This document shows positions 57,301 through 64,000 of a DNA stretch of 64,000 bases, in pieces. Numbering within the stretch: position 1 is the stretch's first letter; each line of letters opens with the position of its first letter. The translations under genes were made by a program, and so were the position numbers. The DNA is from Enoplolaimus lenunculus (lineage: Eukaryota). Below the pieces are notes generated by a model. It did no database searches. It saw only the letters and a list, made by a program, of their open reading frames with translations, and was not told where the DNA came from. Location of the stretch: the NCBI GenBank assembly GCA_030248215.1, contig JASANG010000727.1, forward strand, positions 372,001 to 436,000. Direction: 5' to 3'.

Positions 57301-60300
57301 CGAAGCAAATAGCAGTTTGGCCTAGGTCAAATAGCGATTGTGAGATTTCGCAAAACAACAGTGATGTAATAACCAACGCTGATAAGGTTGACGGTATTGC
57401 GTCTGCCGAAATAATCAAATCTGATTGGTCTATAAGATCAATAGCAGTTGTTTAGCCTGAGCCAAAGTCGCAAAATAGCTAATTGGCCCAGGCCAATTAG
57501 TAATTGGCCTGAATAGCAGATTGGCCTACGACATACATATGGTAAACCAATTATGGGAAAAAATTTTATTTCGACAATACCGTAACAAACTCCATCGACG
57601 GATTCATATCCGGGGGCACACAAACATTTGTATGACCCAAATGTATTTGAACAAGTATCCGTTGGTTTACAGAAATCTGTTTGTTTAGCACATTCATCAA
57701 TATCTGAAAAATCACACACAAGACTCAGTACCGCAACGGGCCCGTAGCCAAGGTGGGGGTCAGCTGAGCTCCCTGGAAAACTTTTGCCCGCCCCTAGAAG
57801 ATTTTCCACCTTGCTTGTACGTCATTGAAAACCGTTAAATGCCCCTTCTGAAAAATTTTTAGCCCCCCTAGAAAGGTGGGCTGGCTAGGAATTCTTAGTC
57901 GATGGTTCAAGGAAATTTTCAGAGGGACCACGAATCAGCATCCTAACAGAGAATTGTCTTAATGAGCGGAAAAAACTTTAGTCCAGTTGCAAACTAAAGC
58001 GACCGATTGCAAGCCAAATCGTATATATAAGCATATTCCTACGCCTAAGTCTAAGCCTAAGCCTAAGCGTATGGATGAGCCTATTCCTAAGCCTAAGCCT
58101 AAGCCTAAGCGTACGGATGAGCCTATTCCTAAGCCTAAGCCTAAACCTGAGCCTAAGCGTATGGATGGGCCTATTCCTAAACCTAAGCCTAAGCCTAAGC
58201 CTAAGCGTATTGATGGGACTATTCCTAAACCTAAGCCTAAGCCTAAGCGTATGGATGAGCCTATTCCTAAGCCTAAGCCTAAGCCTAAGCCTAAGCGTAT
58301 GGATGGGCCTATTCCTAAACCTAAGCCTAAGCCTAAGCCTAAGCCTAAGCAAGAAATAGTCTAAAGGTTAAACTGACTCTATTATAGCCCCTTCGGAAAA
58401 CAATCCGGCCGTGTTCAATACATGGACCTTTTTTCAATTGATAATTGTTAAGTATTTGCCACACGAATATAAAGTTGGCAACACTTTAAGCTTATCATTG
58501 ACAACTTCAAGTTCAATCGAAATTGTAAATACTGGAATACCCCGAAATGAGTCTAATTTAAATAAACAGCAGTAAGAAATTATAGATTTTGAAATTTAAA
58601 TTTCAGCTAAAATATAAAATTTGAAAATTTCATTTAACCAACCTTCACATTGCAATTACCTTCACAAGCTTGAATAGTCGGATTGAGGTCAAATCCTAAC
58701 GCACAGTCACATTCATAACCAGTCGGTGTGTCACGACAAACGTCTGTGACTCGATCACAACCATCTGTGCCAAGTTGACATTCGTTGATTCCTGAAACAA
58801 AAAAATACTGAGATTAGCAAATCACCAAATATAAGCGCATCTTATATGCATCGACGTTGAGAATGGCTCGCTGGTTAGTGTTTATTCACCAAGTAATTCC
58901 GAACACACCAACGATCTGATGCTATGGGTTTTGGGTCGTCATTAAAATATACGTTCAGTATACTTAACCTATTTTTTGGAAATGACAGGCACGATGTAGG
59001 TGTAGGTAACATTATGACCCTTGATAATGCATTCTCCACAATAGTTCAAAATGAAAAATTCATTTTCAAGCAGTCTAAAAATATCGATGATTTGAGTAAT
59101 AAAAACAATAAATCTCTCATTTCGTACACTGTGAAAAATGGTGACTCAACTTGACTCTCTCGGAAATAGGCTTTTCCTGACTACAGAAAATGAGTCAAAA
59201 TTCGACTCCGCCAGAGTCAAATTCGATTCATTGAATCGCTCAGTGAGTCGAATTTGACTCTGGTGGAGTCAAATTTGACTCAGTTTGAGTAGTCAGGAAA
59301 AGCCTATTTCCGAGAGTCAATTTGACTCCCCATTTTTGACAGTGTAAGAAAAATAAGCGATTATTTAGGTATTTAGACAAATTTACCTTCGCAAATATCG
59401 CTATCGGATTTGGTATAGCCATCAGGACATTTGCACGTAAACCAGCCAATCGTATTAATGCATATCTGTTTTGCATACGGCCCACCGCGTTCTGCACAAG
59501 TGTTCAACATTGGATCATCACATTCATTTACGTCTAAAACATAACAACATACTTTAGATCAAATCAGTTTAAAGTTTTTCCCTTTAAGATATCAAAGTTT
59601 CCACATTACACTAACTAAAAACCCTGCAAATTGAAGCATTTCTCGAAGACGTTCGACAGGTATATATGTCGTAGCCCAAGTCGTAATTCAGTTTATTTCT
59701 GTAATTGGGCTAGTCTGCAACGGAATACGACTTGAGCCAGCTCAAAGCGGAATCATGTCTGATCGAGCTATGCGGTTTCTGATTGGTTACTTGATAGATG
59801 TAATCCTGCTTGATTCACTTTGTTCAGGAAAACAAACTGTTTGGTATGTTTGGTATCAAACAGGTGGCAATCACTTAGCCAATCAGAAAAGAGTATTCGT
59901 ATCAGCCAATCGTATTTGAGTTACGCCGTGGACAAGTTCAAGACGTAATTACGCCGTGGACAAGTTCAAGACGTAATTACGCCGTGGACCAGCCCAGTTC
60001 GGAATTACGCTAAATTACGACTTGGGCTATAACATATTATACAGCCAGTATTTCGTGTCAGGATAACAGACCCTAATGTAAACGTTATTTTTGTGACAGA
60101 ACACAATTTCTACATGCAAAAGTATTTTTCTTGTCTTGAAATATTTCGTTAAAAATATCATCCAATTCCTCTTACGGTCAATAAAATGGTTACAAATTTG
60201 ACGTCTTTGCAGAAACAATTTACGAAGCTTTTCAGCTGCTTCAACTCGCAGTATGAACTACGCTAAAAGCTTAACGTAGACCCGAGTAAATATAACTTGC

Positions 60301-63207
60301 ATTACCGGGTAAATATAACTTGAATTTAATCCCGTTTCAGTGTTACCTTCGCATAATCCAGTGTTCGGATTCAGTTGAAATCCTTCTTTACATGTGCACG
60401 AAAAGCTTCCGACATTATTAACGCACTGTTGTGTTGTTGTATCGCAAGTATGCATGTTTTCGTTACACTCATTGATATCTGTAACAATAGTAAAATTGCC
60501 AGAAATAAACCAACTCGTTGGCTGAATTGATTTAATCAACTCATACGAATTTACAGTGTAAAATGCTTCCAAATGCAATTTTTGAGTAACGCCGCATGGT
60601 CGTTAATTCGTTCGAGTTCACAGATACTGAAGCATTTTAAAACATCATTTGTTACAGCCACCAAACAATTCACTAACTTTAATTTCATTAAACACTTAAT
60701 TTCAATCTGCTACCATCATACACCGATTAATTCATTTCAAGCTTGTACATAATGTGGCTTTTACTGAAGTGACCCGAGTAAGAAGGAGTCCCCATTTTGA
60801 GTCTTAATCAATTGGAGTCCGTATCTCTAATAATAGTCCGTAAGCGGATAGAGTCCTTAAACCCAAATTAGAGTCCATAAATGTCAATTATCCCTAATTG
60901 TTGCGCATAAATGACCCTAGGACCAAATAAAGTTGCGTTCAAAAATATAAAGCGTACTTAAGTTTTGAAAGTACATTCCTAAGTATAACCTTGCATTATC
61001 GCTCAAGCTATTGATGCAAGGCAAAAAACGTTTCATTCAACGGATAGTTGCAATACCGGATATCTATCAGAAAGGAAGGGTGGCGGTGGGCAGGTTGAAA
61101 ATATACAACAGTCCGTAACCGAATACAGGGGGTACTCTCTACTGAGGCCAAATAAATATCAGTCCCCCCACTTCTTATTCGGGTCACTACAGTAGTCAAT
61201 TTTGACTCAAATTTTTACGTTAAAAAATCAAAAATTAAAACTAGTAATGGGCACTGGAAAATAAATGATCCGGATATCCGAATAATATCCGGTGCCAATT
61301 GAGAGCCAAAACATACCGACACAGTTTCCACCGATTACTGTATGACCCGGGGAACACAGACATTTAAAAGAACCGGCGGTATTAGAACAGGTCTCGGCGG
61401 CAGCACAAGTATCAGTATTAAGGGCGCATTCATTGATATCTGTAATAACAAGAGTGAATAATCACTATTTAACAAGAGTGTGTAACTGGGCACATTCTGT
61501 GTTGGAAAGAATGTACCCGGCATGTGTTGTGTTTTTGCCCTGCCTCCCTTTATTTAGAGGGTGGTATAATCTGTGCGAACCACGGCACTTTATGTATGCG
61601 GCATCAAACATGCTCACCTTATAGCTGAATTTAGGTGTATTCATGTAATACACTGCAAAAAAATAGTGAGTCAAATTGGTTCTCTCCGAAATAGGCTCTA
61701 CGGGACTACACAAATTGAGTCAAATTTGACTCCGCTAGAGTCTAACGTGCAACTCAGTGAGTCGAATTTGACTCTGGTGGAGTCAAGTTTAACTCAATTT
61801 GTGTAGTCCCGTAGAGCCTATTTCGGAGAGAATCAATTTGACTCACCTTTTTTGCAGTGTAGCGACCCCCCTCTAAACAAGGCGGTCGGCCAAAAATGCA
61901 ACACCCGGTGGTACATTTTGTACCATGCGGGACCCCAAGAGTTGTACACTTTTGTCATTATCCACTCTTGGTAATAATAATTGAAAATGACCTTTAGACA
62001 TTTTTAAAATCAAATTTCTTAACCTGATCTATTTTCTGGTTCTGAATATTTTTCAAACAACTCTCGAAAAAACCTAAACACTTTGTATCATTCACCATGT
62101 TGCGGTAATTACAAACGCATTGATTTGGTTAACGGTTTATTTTAGGCCAACATGGCGAATAAAGAAAGTAATTTAAGCAAGCATTTTTAATATTTTTTCA
62201 CTAATAAAGAGAACATGTTCTTTCTCGATGTACGCGTATCGCTCTGATTCAGTGACACGGCCGGTTAATGTAGCCAGAGGCTCCTTAAGGTGTGGTTTAA
62301 GGTTTGGTTTTAGTTTATGTTTTAGTTTTTAAACTGAAAGAAGGTTTAAGAGTGGCAGAGCCACCTACAGTGACGTATATGTTATGTTATATAACAATTT
62401 AGAACGAGGTTTCTTTTGTTACAAACTTAAAAAGTTCGTAAAACCCCCTGGACAAAAATCATAAAAGCGGGTGGTTCGACCACTACCCCCCAAGACCAGA
62501 GTTTTGTGTGTTATTTACAAAAACTAAGTATTATTCAACCGATACACTTCTCTACTCACGAGTTCCAGTATTTGTACGGACGGCTCATGTAAAAATCAGA
62601 GTCGGAACGTTTTACTGTGGGAGCAGAATAGAGTAAGCTTAAATTTTAGACTATTTTTGTTTCGCGTAGGCTTAGGCTTAGGCTTTAGGCTTAGGCTTAG
62701 GAATAAACTCATTCTTACGCTTAGACTTAGGCTTAGGCTTTAGGCTTAGGCTTAGGAATAAACTCATTCTTACGCTTAGACTTAGGCTTAGTTTTAGGCT
62801 TAGGAATATGCGTATAATACTGTTCCAGCCTTGTTCTGTCCATTGGCCGCACGGACTAAGACTAAGGGATTATATTTAAGTATAAATACAAATACATATA
62901 TATTTATGTATATATTATATAATACAGGTACACCTATATATTGATATATATTTATTTATTTATTTATGTGCACGTATATATGTATTTATATATCGGATAT
63001 ACATGCCGAAATTTCGTGTCGAACGTGAAAAGTACCGGCTCACTCTAACCGTGCTGCCCCGTCGTTTTACCATACCTTCACAATTTTGAGTCGCAGGGTT
63101 AAAACTGAAACCCAACTTGCAAACGCATTTGTGCCCCCCGAGTGTATTCTTGCAAGTTTGCGCATTCAAATCACATTGATGAATGTTCTCAACGCATTCG
63201 TCGATAT
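12283..63207 (-). CDS. Gene A (5'-partial, spliced): very long uninterrupted tandem calcium-binding EGF protein, 41 intact exons plus a truncated terminal EGF exon
   Basis: 42 AG/GT- or AG/stop-bounded exons, all entering in phase 1; the 41 intact ones are multiples of 3 and each encodes one 6-Cys cbEGF; stop in the last exon. Confidence 0.85.
12482..12921. mobile_element. Tc1/mariner-pogo-like MITE
   Basis: TIR CTGTAGTGACCCGAATAAGAGGGG; TA flanks in most copies. Copies 28293-28721, about 32208-32640, 44075-44504, about 60763-61192; partial 9270-9440 and 48014-48130. Confidence 0.78.
13720..13845 (-). CDS. cbEGF exon A41
   Basis: DVNECAKSMHDCNGQSQHCVNKINGFECQCNTGFEDYQGTCA; 126 nt. Confidence 0.92.
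14800..15135. repeat. GC-rich GACGGCGCCGTACGG minisatellite-bearing interspersed repeat
   Basis: About 21-nt units ending in ...CGCAACCCT; relatives about 40380-40678, 51322-51440, 21570-21620. Confidence 0.7.
15297..15419 (-). CDS. cbEGF exon A40
   Basis: DVDECALNTHTCSDLELCTNTPGSYTCQCNQYSELSNGVCI; 123 nt. Confidence 0.92.
16332..16457 (-). CDS. cbEGF exon A39
   Basis: DVDECANNQHDCNPTTEVCVNSVNGWGCNCKIGYVSSNGVCS; 126 nt. Confidence 0.92.
17449..17571 (-). CDS. cbEGF exon A38
   Basis: DVDECTTSPSPCDTNQNCQNNRGSYECICMTGYFMNNGKCE; 123 nt. Confidence 0.92.
18713..18844 (-). CDS. cbEGF exon A37
   Basis: DVNECLKGTHDCDSHIELCTNTIGSFTCSCKAGFTMNQALNQCE; 132 nt. Confidence 0.92.
19492..19626 (-). CDS. 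cbEGF exon A36
   Basis: [45 protein letters not shown]; 135 nt. Confidence 0.92.
20435..20560 (-). CDS. cbEGF exon A35
   Basis: DVNECSDPSLNSCSAAEVCVNTDGSYQCSCQGGFVQGPSGCD; 126 nt. Confidence 0.92.
20651..21043. repeat. 30-bp tandem array (about 7 copies) made from a CACTG MITE terminus, followed by the MITE body
   Basis: Unit ggtacactgcaaaaaatgctgagtcacaag. Confidence 0.85.
21752..21880 (-). CDS. cbEGF exon A34
   Basis: DNNECTSGTHTCGMNELCSNTIGSFKCLCNVGYEPNPTNGVCS; 129 nt. Confidence 0.92.
22621..22743 (-). CDS. cbEGF exon A33
   Basis: DINECLTGDKCPSERETCVNTVGSWACGCVSGYEMLDGACV; 123 nt. Confidence 0.92.
22766..23495. mobile_element. Two adjacent ACTTAAGT-rich MITEs (GGCTGGGTTT...AAACCCAGCC)
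   Basis: Inverted termini; relatives about 13305-13667 and 29890-29960. Confidence 0.65.
23710..23832 (-). CDS. cbEGF exon A32
   Basis: DIDECQAAVDPCGTRATCQNTAGSYQCICIDGYTMINGVCQ; 123 nt. Confidence 0.92.
23833..24003. repeat. About 39-bp tandem repeat (4-5 units) overlapping the A32 acceptor
   Basis: Unit starts at 23833, 23872, 23908, 23947, 23986. Confidence 0.85.
24106..24231 (-). CDS. cbEGF exon A31
   Basis: DIDECAQNTHNCNTQTEVCVNSMNSYTCNCKQGYQDVNGVCT; 126 nt. Confidence 0.92.
24999..25124 (-). CDS. cbEGF exon A30
   Basis: DENECTQNTHTCSDMEDCVNNEGSYICQCKSGSQLNGAGNCQ; 126 nt. Confidence 0.92.
26386..26511 (-). CDS. cbEGF exon A29
   Basis: DTNECQSQTSHMCTAREDCVNTRGGYNCVCKAGYHEINGVCE; 126 nt. 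Confidence 0.92.
27384..27506 (-). CDS. cbEGF exon A28
   Basis: DVNECTSGLGSCADGEDCVNTAGSYECVCATGYEYRDGACR; 123 nt. Confidence 0.92.
27709..27970. mobile_element. piggyBac-like MITE with internal tRNA-like segment
   Basis: TTAA|CCC...AGGG|TTAA; A-box-like tagctgagtggt and B-box-like ggagttcgaatc inside. Confidence 0.75.
27991..28060 (+). mobile_element. tRNA-derived SINE-like head (degenerate)
   Basis: B-box ggttcgattcc with T-arm; no intact cloverleaf. Confidence 0.45.
28989..29114 (-). CDS. cbEGF exon A27
   Basis: DIDECVTGSHDCNRQSEECVNKNQGYECQCKAGYEYYGIGCV; 126 nt. Confidence 0.92.
30454..30576 (-). CDS. cbEGF exon A26
   Basis: DINECFRGTYTCSDIEVCANTVGSYTCQCAQGSELLDDKCV; 123 nt. Confidence 0.92.
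31341..31466 (-). CDS. cbEGF exon A25
   Basis: DVDECANNMHDCDRTTQECQNTKYGWDCVCKVGFESINGICE; 126 nt. Confidence 0.92.
31918..32046 (-). CDS. cbEGF exon A24
   Basis: DINECLDIQSTTCDTTINNCENTRGSYQCVCKDGFYMNNGVCQ; 129 nt. Confidence 0.92.
33521..34454. mobile_element. hAT-like MITE with nested Harbinger-like MITE (33717-34239)
   Basis: Outer TIR cagggttcca/tggaaccttg with 8-bp TSD ctaaatag; inner long TIR with TTA TSD. Confidence 0.78.
34876..35007 (-). CDS. cbEGF exon A23
   Basis: DANECAQGPYVCDSRVETCLNTVGSYRCECVDGFVHNPHTGQCE; 132 nt. Confidence 0.92.
35303..35680. repeat. Local inverted duplication of MITE end plus flank
   Basis: About 35354-35529 is the reverse complement of the flank and of 35530-35680. 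Confidence 0.8.
36307..36453 (-). CDS. cbEGF exon A22 (long-loop type)
   Basis: DINECNSDTTNNCKTQGGDLVQAECMNTIGSYTCRCPTGYQRTLSGLCE; 147 nt. Confidence 0.92.
36669..36794 (-). CDS. cbEGF exon A21
   Basis: [42 protein letters not shown]; 126 nt. Confidence 0.92.
37865..37987 (-). CDS. cbEGF exon A20
   Basis: DVNECTSGTHTCGANEACINVDGSFKCVCNTGFAPISGACD; 123 nt. Confidence 0.92.
38263..38878. repeat. 302-bp direct tandem duplication bounded by CACTG MITE ends
   Basis: cactgcaaaaaa at 38263, 38565, 38867; units nearly identical. Confidence 0.9.
40030..40150 (+). mobile_element. tRNA-derived SINE-like head
   Basis: A-box tggcgtagtggta, B-box agttcgatccc. Confidence 0.5.
40178..40303 (-). CDS. cbEGF exon A19
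   Basis: DVNECVTGDFTCADDLETCVNTVGSWTCDCKDGYERLNNLCV; 126 nt. Confidence 0.92.
41470..41820. repeat. 32-bp minisatellite, about 11 copies
   Basis: Unit gattggttgaatccaatttcaaacctgctcac. Confidence 0.9.
41828..41950 (-). CDS. cbEGF exon A18
   Basis: DVNECIGQTTSCGLHEICQNTVGSYQCICRDGYKMVNGVCQ; 123 nt. Confidence 0.92.
43096..43221 (-). CDS. cbEGF exon A17
   Basis: DVNECAKNMHDCDAATEMCVNTINGFTCQCKTGYTLDNGVCK; 126 nt. Confidence 0.92.
43293..43505. repeat. Nearly pure (GCCTAA)n / (TTAGGC)n array
   Basis: About 35 hexamer units. Confidence 0.92.
45951..46076 (-). CDS. cbEGF exon A16
   Basis: DVNECLAATPLCRDIETCANTVGSYRCDCNDGYEKDIAGVCQ; 126 nt. Confidence 0.92.
46496..46627 (-). CDS. cbEGF exon A15
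   Basis: DIDECKDGLHNCDVMSENCINNVGGFECECKRGFTLNAETKQCD; 132 nt. Confidence 0.92.
47422..47544 (-). CDS. cbEGF exon A14
   Basis: DENECLTNKHTCFGLETCYNTIGSFKCLCGSGYEIVAGICS; 123 nt. Confidence 0.92.
49921..50052 (-). CDS. cbEGF exon A13
   Basis: DLDECSTDRHNCDLSEEACQNTVGSFECTCKPGYILNPQQQICE; 132 nt. Confidence 0.9.
50068..50473. mobile_element. MITE with AGG(G/A)TGCAA TIRs and internal ccggaa repeats
   Basis: aggatgcaatcggaatt / aattccgtttgcaccct. Confidence 0.6.
50675..50821 (-). CDS. cbEGF exon A12 (long-loop type)
   Basis: DIDECLDPSLNDCAEKGGPLAKQTCINTIGWYSCRCPPGYRKMPSGNCE; 147 nt. Confidence 0.92.
51167..51298 (-). CDS. cbEGF exon A11
   Basis: DIDECADGTATCDLVSEHCRNIPLSYECVCNDGFQRNTNTGKCD; 132 nt. 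Confidence 0.92.
52160..52321. mobile_element. GGGCCCGTAGCC-ended short MITE (possibly hAT-like)
   Basis: Flank repeat gtactga; relatives about 33330, 34726, 36885, 38023, 42007, 57738. Confidence 0.6.
52349..52471 (-). CDS. cbEGF exon A10
   Basis: DIDECALNIDSCTAAETCSNAIGSYKCICKDGYEVRNGICS; 123 nt. Confidence 0.92.
52483..52745. mobile_element. piggyBac-like MITE
   Basis: TTAA 52479-52482 and 52746-52749; CCCT...AGGG ends; inverted homolog of 27709-27970. Confidence 0.78.
53534..53863. repeat. About 65-bp minisatellite, about 5 copies
   Basis: Unit aagccttagcctactttattgctatcatcat...gtttgggtttcaccgttttcctaaacct. Confidence 0.88.
53886..54017 (-). CDS. cbEGF exon A9
   Basis: DINECTANLHNCHNFGEVCVNELGSFSCTCGDGYKQNVATQQCE; 132 nt. 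Confidence 0.92.
54573..54790. mobile_element. MITE with TATTCTCAAATG / CATTTGAGAAT ends
   Basis: Relatives about 45700-45925, 46180-46408, 48878-49091, 52755-53205. Confidence 0.65.
55152..55274 (-). CDS. cbEGF exon A8
   Basis: DIDECATGKHNCHESEVCMDTVGSYKCLCARGFEVLNGICS; 123 nt; AAG acceptor. Confidence 0.92.
56146..56277 (-). CDS. cbEGF exon A7
   Basis: DVNECTDNLHNCNKDNEQCVNIPGSYDCDCKPGYEFDNNLHTCV; 132 nt. Confidence 0.92.
56872..57138. repeat. 133-bp direct tandem duplication
   Basis: ttcgatgacgtacac at 56872 and 57005. Confidence 0.9.
57581..57703 (-). CDS. cbEGF exon A6
   Basis: DIDECAKQTDFCKPTDTCSNTFGSYKCLCAPGYESVDGVCY; 123 nt. Confidence 0.92.
58660..58791 (-). CDS. EGF exon A5 (first Asp replaced by Gly)
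   Basis: GINECQLGTDGCDRVTDVCRDTPTGYECDCALGFDLNPTIQACE; 132 nt. Confidence 0.9.
59387..59533 (-). CDS. cbEGF exon A4 (long-loop type)
   Basis: DVNECDDPMLNTCAERGGPYAKQICINTIGWFTCKCPDGYTKSDSDICE; 147 nt. Confidence 0.92.
60347..60478 (-). CDS. cbEGF exon A3
   Basis: DINECNENMHTCDTTTQQCVNNVGSFSCTCKEGFQLNPNTGLCE; 132 nt. Confidence 0.92.
61317..61439 (-). CDS. cbEGF exon A2
   Basis: DINECALNTDTCAAAETCSNTAGSFKCLCSPGHTVIGGNCV; 123 nt. Confidence 0.92.
61449..61970. mobile_element. P-element-like MITE with nested CACTG MITE (61651-61859)
   Basis: TIR CAAGAGTG, 7-bp TSD gtaataa. Confidence 0.78.
63076..63207 (-). CDS. cbEGF exon A1
   Basis: DIDECVENIHQCDLNAQTCKNTLGGHKCVCKLGFSFNPATQNCE; ttttag/GTATGG; 132 nt. 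Confidence 0.92.
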
Positions 63208-64000
63208 CTAAAATAAGCTTACAAGGCGGAGGTATGGAATCTGGACCCCCTTGAATTTTGACAAAAAGTGCTCCATCGTATAAATCTCGACGAGCTGAAT
63301 TCAAGGGTACCATTTTTATGGCTGTATGACCAACGGTTCAGAAGTTACGGCCCTCGAAATCATAGTGCAAACACGCACAGATTGGAAGAGGAAGTATCTA
63401 TACAGACATGTTCGCAAAATATAAGCTTAACCAGGTTTATTCCTTACACAAATTTGATTGTTGTTTGTACATGTTTTATAAGGTAAAAAGTTAAAATTCA
63501 AAGGGCCATAAATAGTGAACTGGGGACCCTGCAGCGCTAACAATGGCACCGTTCATCTCAGCGCGTTGATATCTATAAAATGAACTATTTTTTATAAAAT
63601 TCCAAGGGGGCCCATATTCCGTACCCTCAGCCAAGTTACAATTGCAATAAAGTTAGGTTTTGAGTGTAAATATATATAGTTTGGCGCAGTAATGACTTTG
63701 GTTAAACCTGGCACACCATTGACCTTTTAAGAATTTTATGATTAAAATCCTATACGGTTGAGGGCCCCTCTTTAGTGTGGGCTCCAACATAGGGAGTATG
63801 GGGGTGGCTCTTCCGACCCTAACTAGCATGGAAGAATCAGAGATACGATGGTCTTAACTAAACATATCCCTATATGACTCGCTTTGCTAACAAATCTTCA
63901 ACCATAATTTAGGTAACCTAATTCTGGTACTTCAATCATTAGGAAAATAGAAATTGTTGAACCAGTTGTAACCAAATTGAATGGATATAACCAAAATATA

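Noticed and set aside
12283..63207. Naming gene A fibrillin, Notch, LTBP or fibulin
   Set aside because: No TB/hybrid, LNR, transmembrane or fibulin C-terminal exons seen; no symbol supportable
1..64000. Autonomous transposase or reverse transcriptase
   Set aside because: No long non-repetitive ORF or DDE/RT motif visible; all elements appear non-autonomous

Overview
AT-rich eukaryotic genomic DNA, probably an invertebrate animal; the taxon cannot be determined from the sequence. Nearly all coding content is on the minus strand as small symmetric phase-1/phase-1 exons (123-147 nt), each encoding one EGF-like domain, almost all calcium-binding type (D-x-N/D-E-C...C-x-N-x4-Y/F-x-C). I read two head-to-tail genes. 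Gene A enters from beyond the right edge with 41 consecutive intact cbEGF exons (63207 to 13720; 5265 nt, about 1755 aa, no other domain seen) and ends in a deletion-damaged 42nd EGF exon with an in-frame stop at 12285-12283. Gene B begins 2.7 kb downstream with a signal-peptide exon (ATG at 9547) missed by the ORF track, followed by one atypical EGF exon and four cbEGF exons, and runs off the left edge. The gene A array has higher-order periodicity: an alternating/8-exon unit, then a 14-exon block duplication. Introns are packed with non-autonomous DNA transposons: more than 30 GG-terminated, 8-bp-TSD (Merlin-like) MITEs carrying expandable TTAGGC arrays, plus CACTG (EnSpm-like), pogo-like, P-like, piggyBac-like, hAT-like and Harbinger-like MITEs, tRNA-derived SINE heads and local tandem or inverted duplications. 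Most long ORFs in the supplied track are repeat artefacts. All translations and alignments were done by eye; superfamily assignments rest on termini and TSD only.
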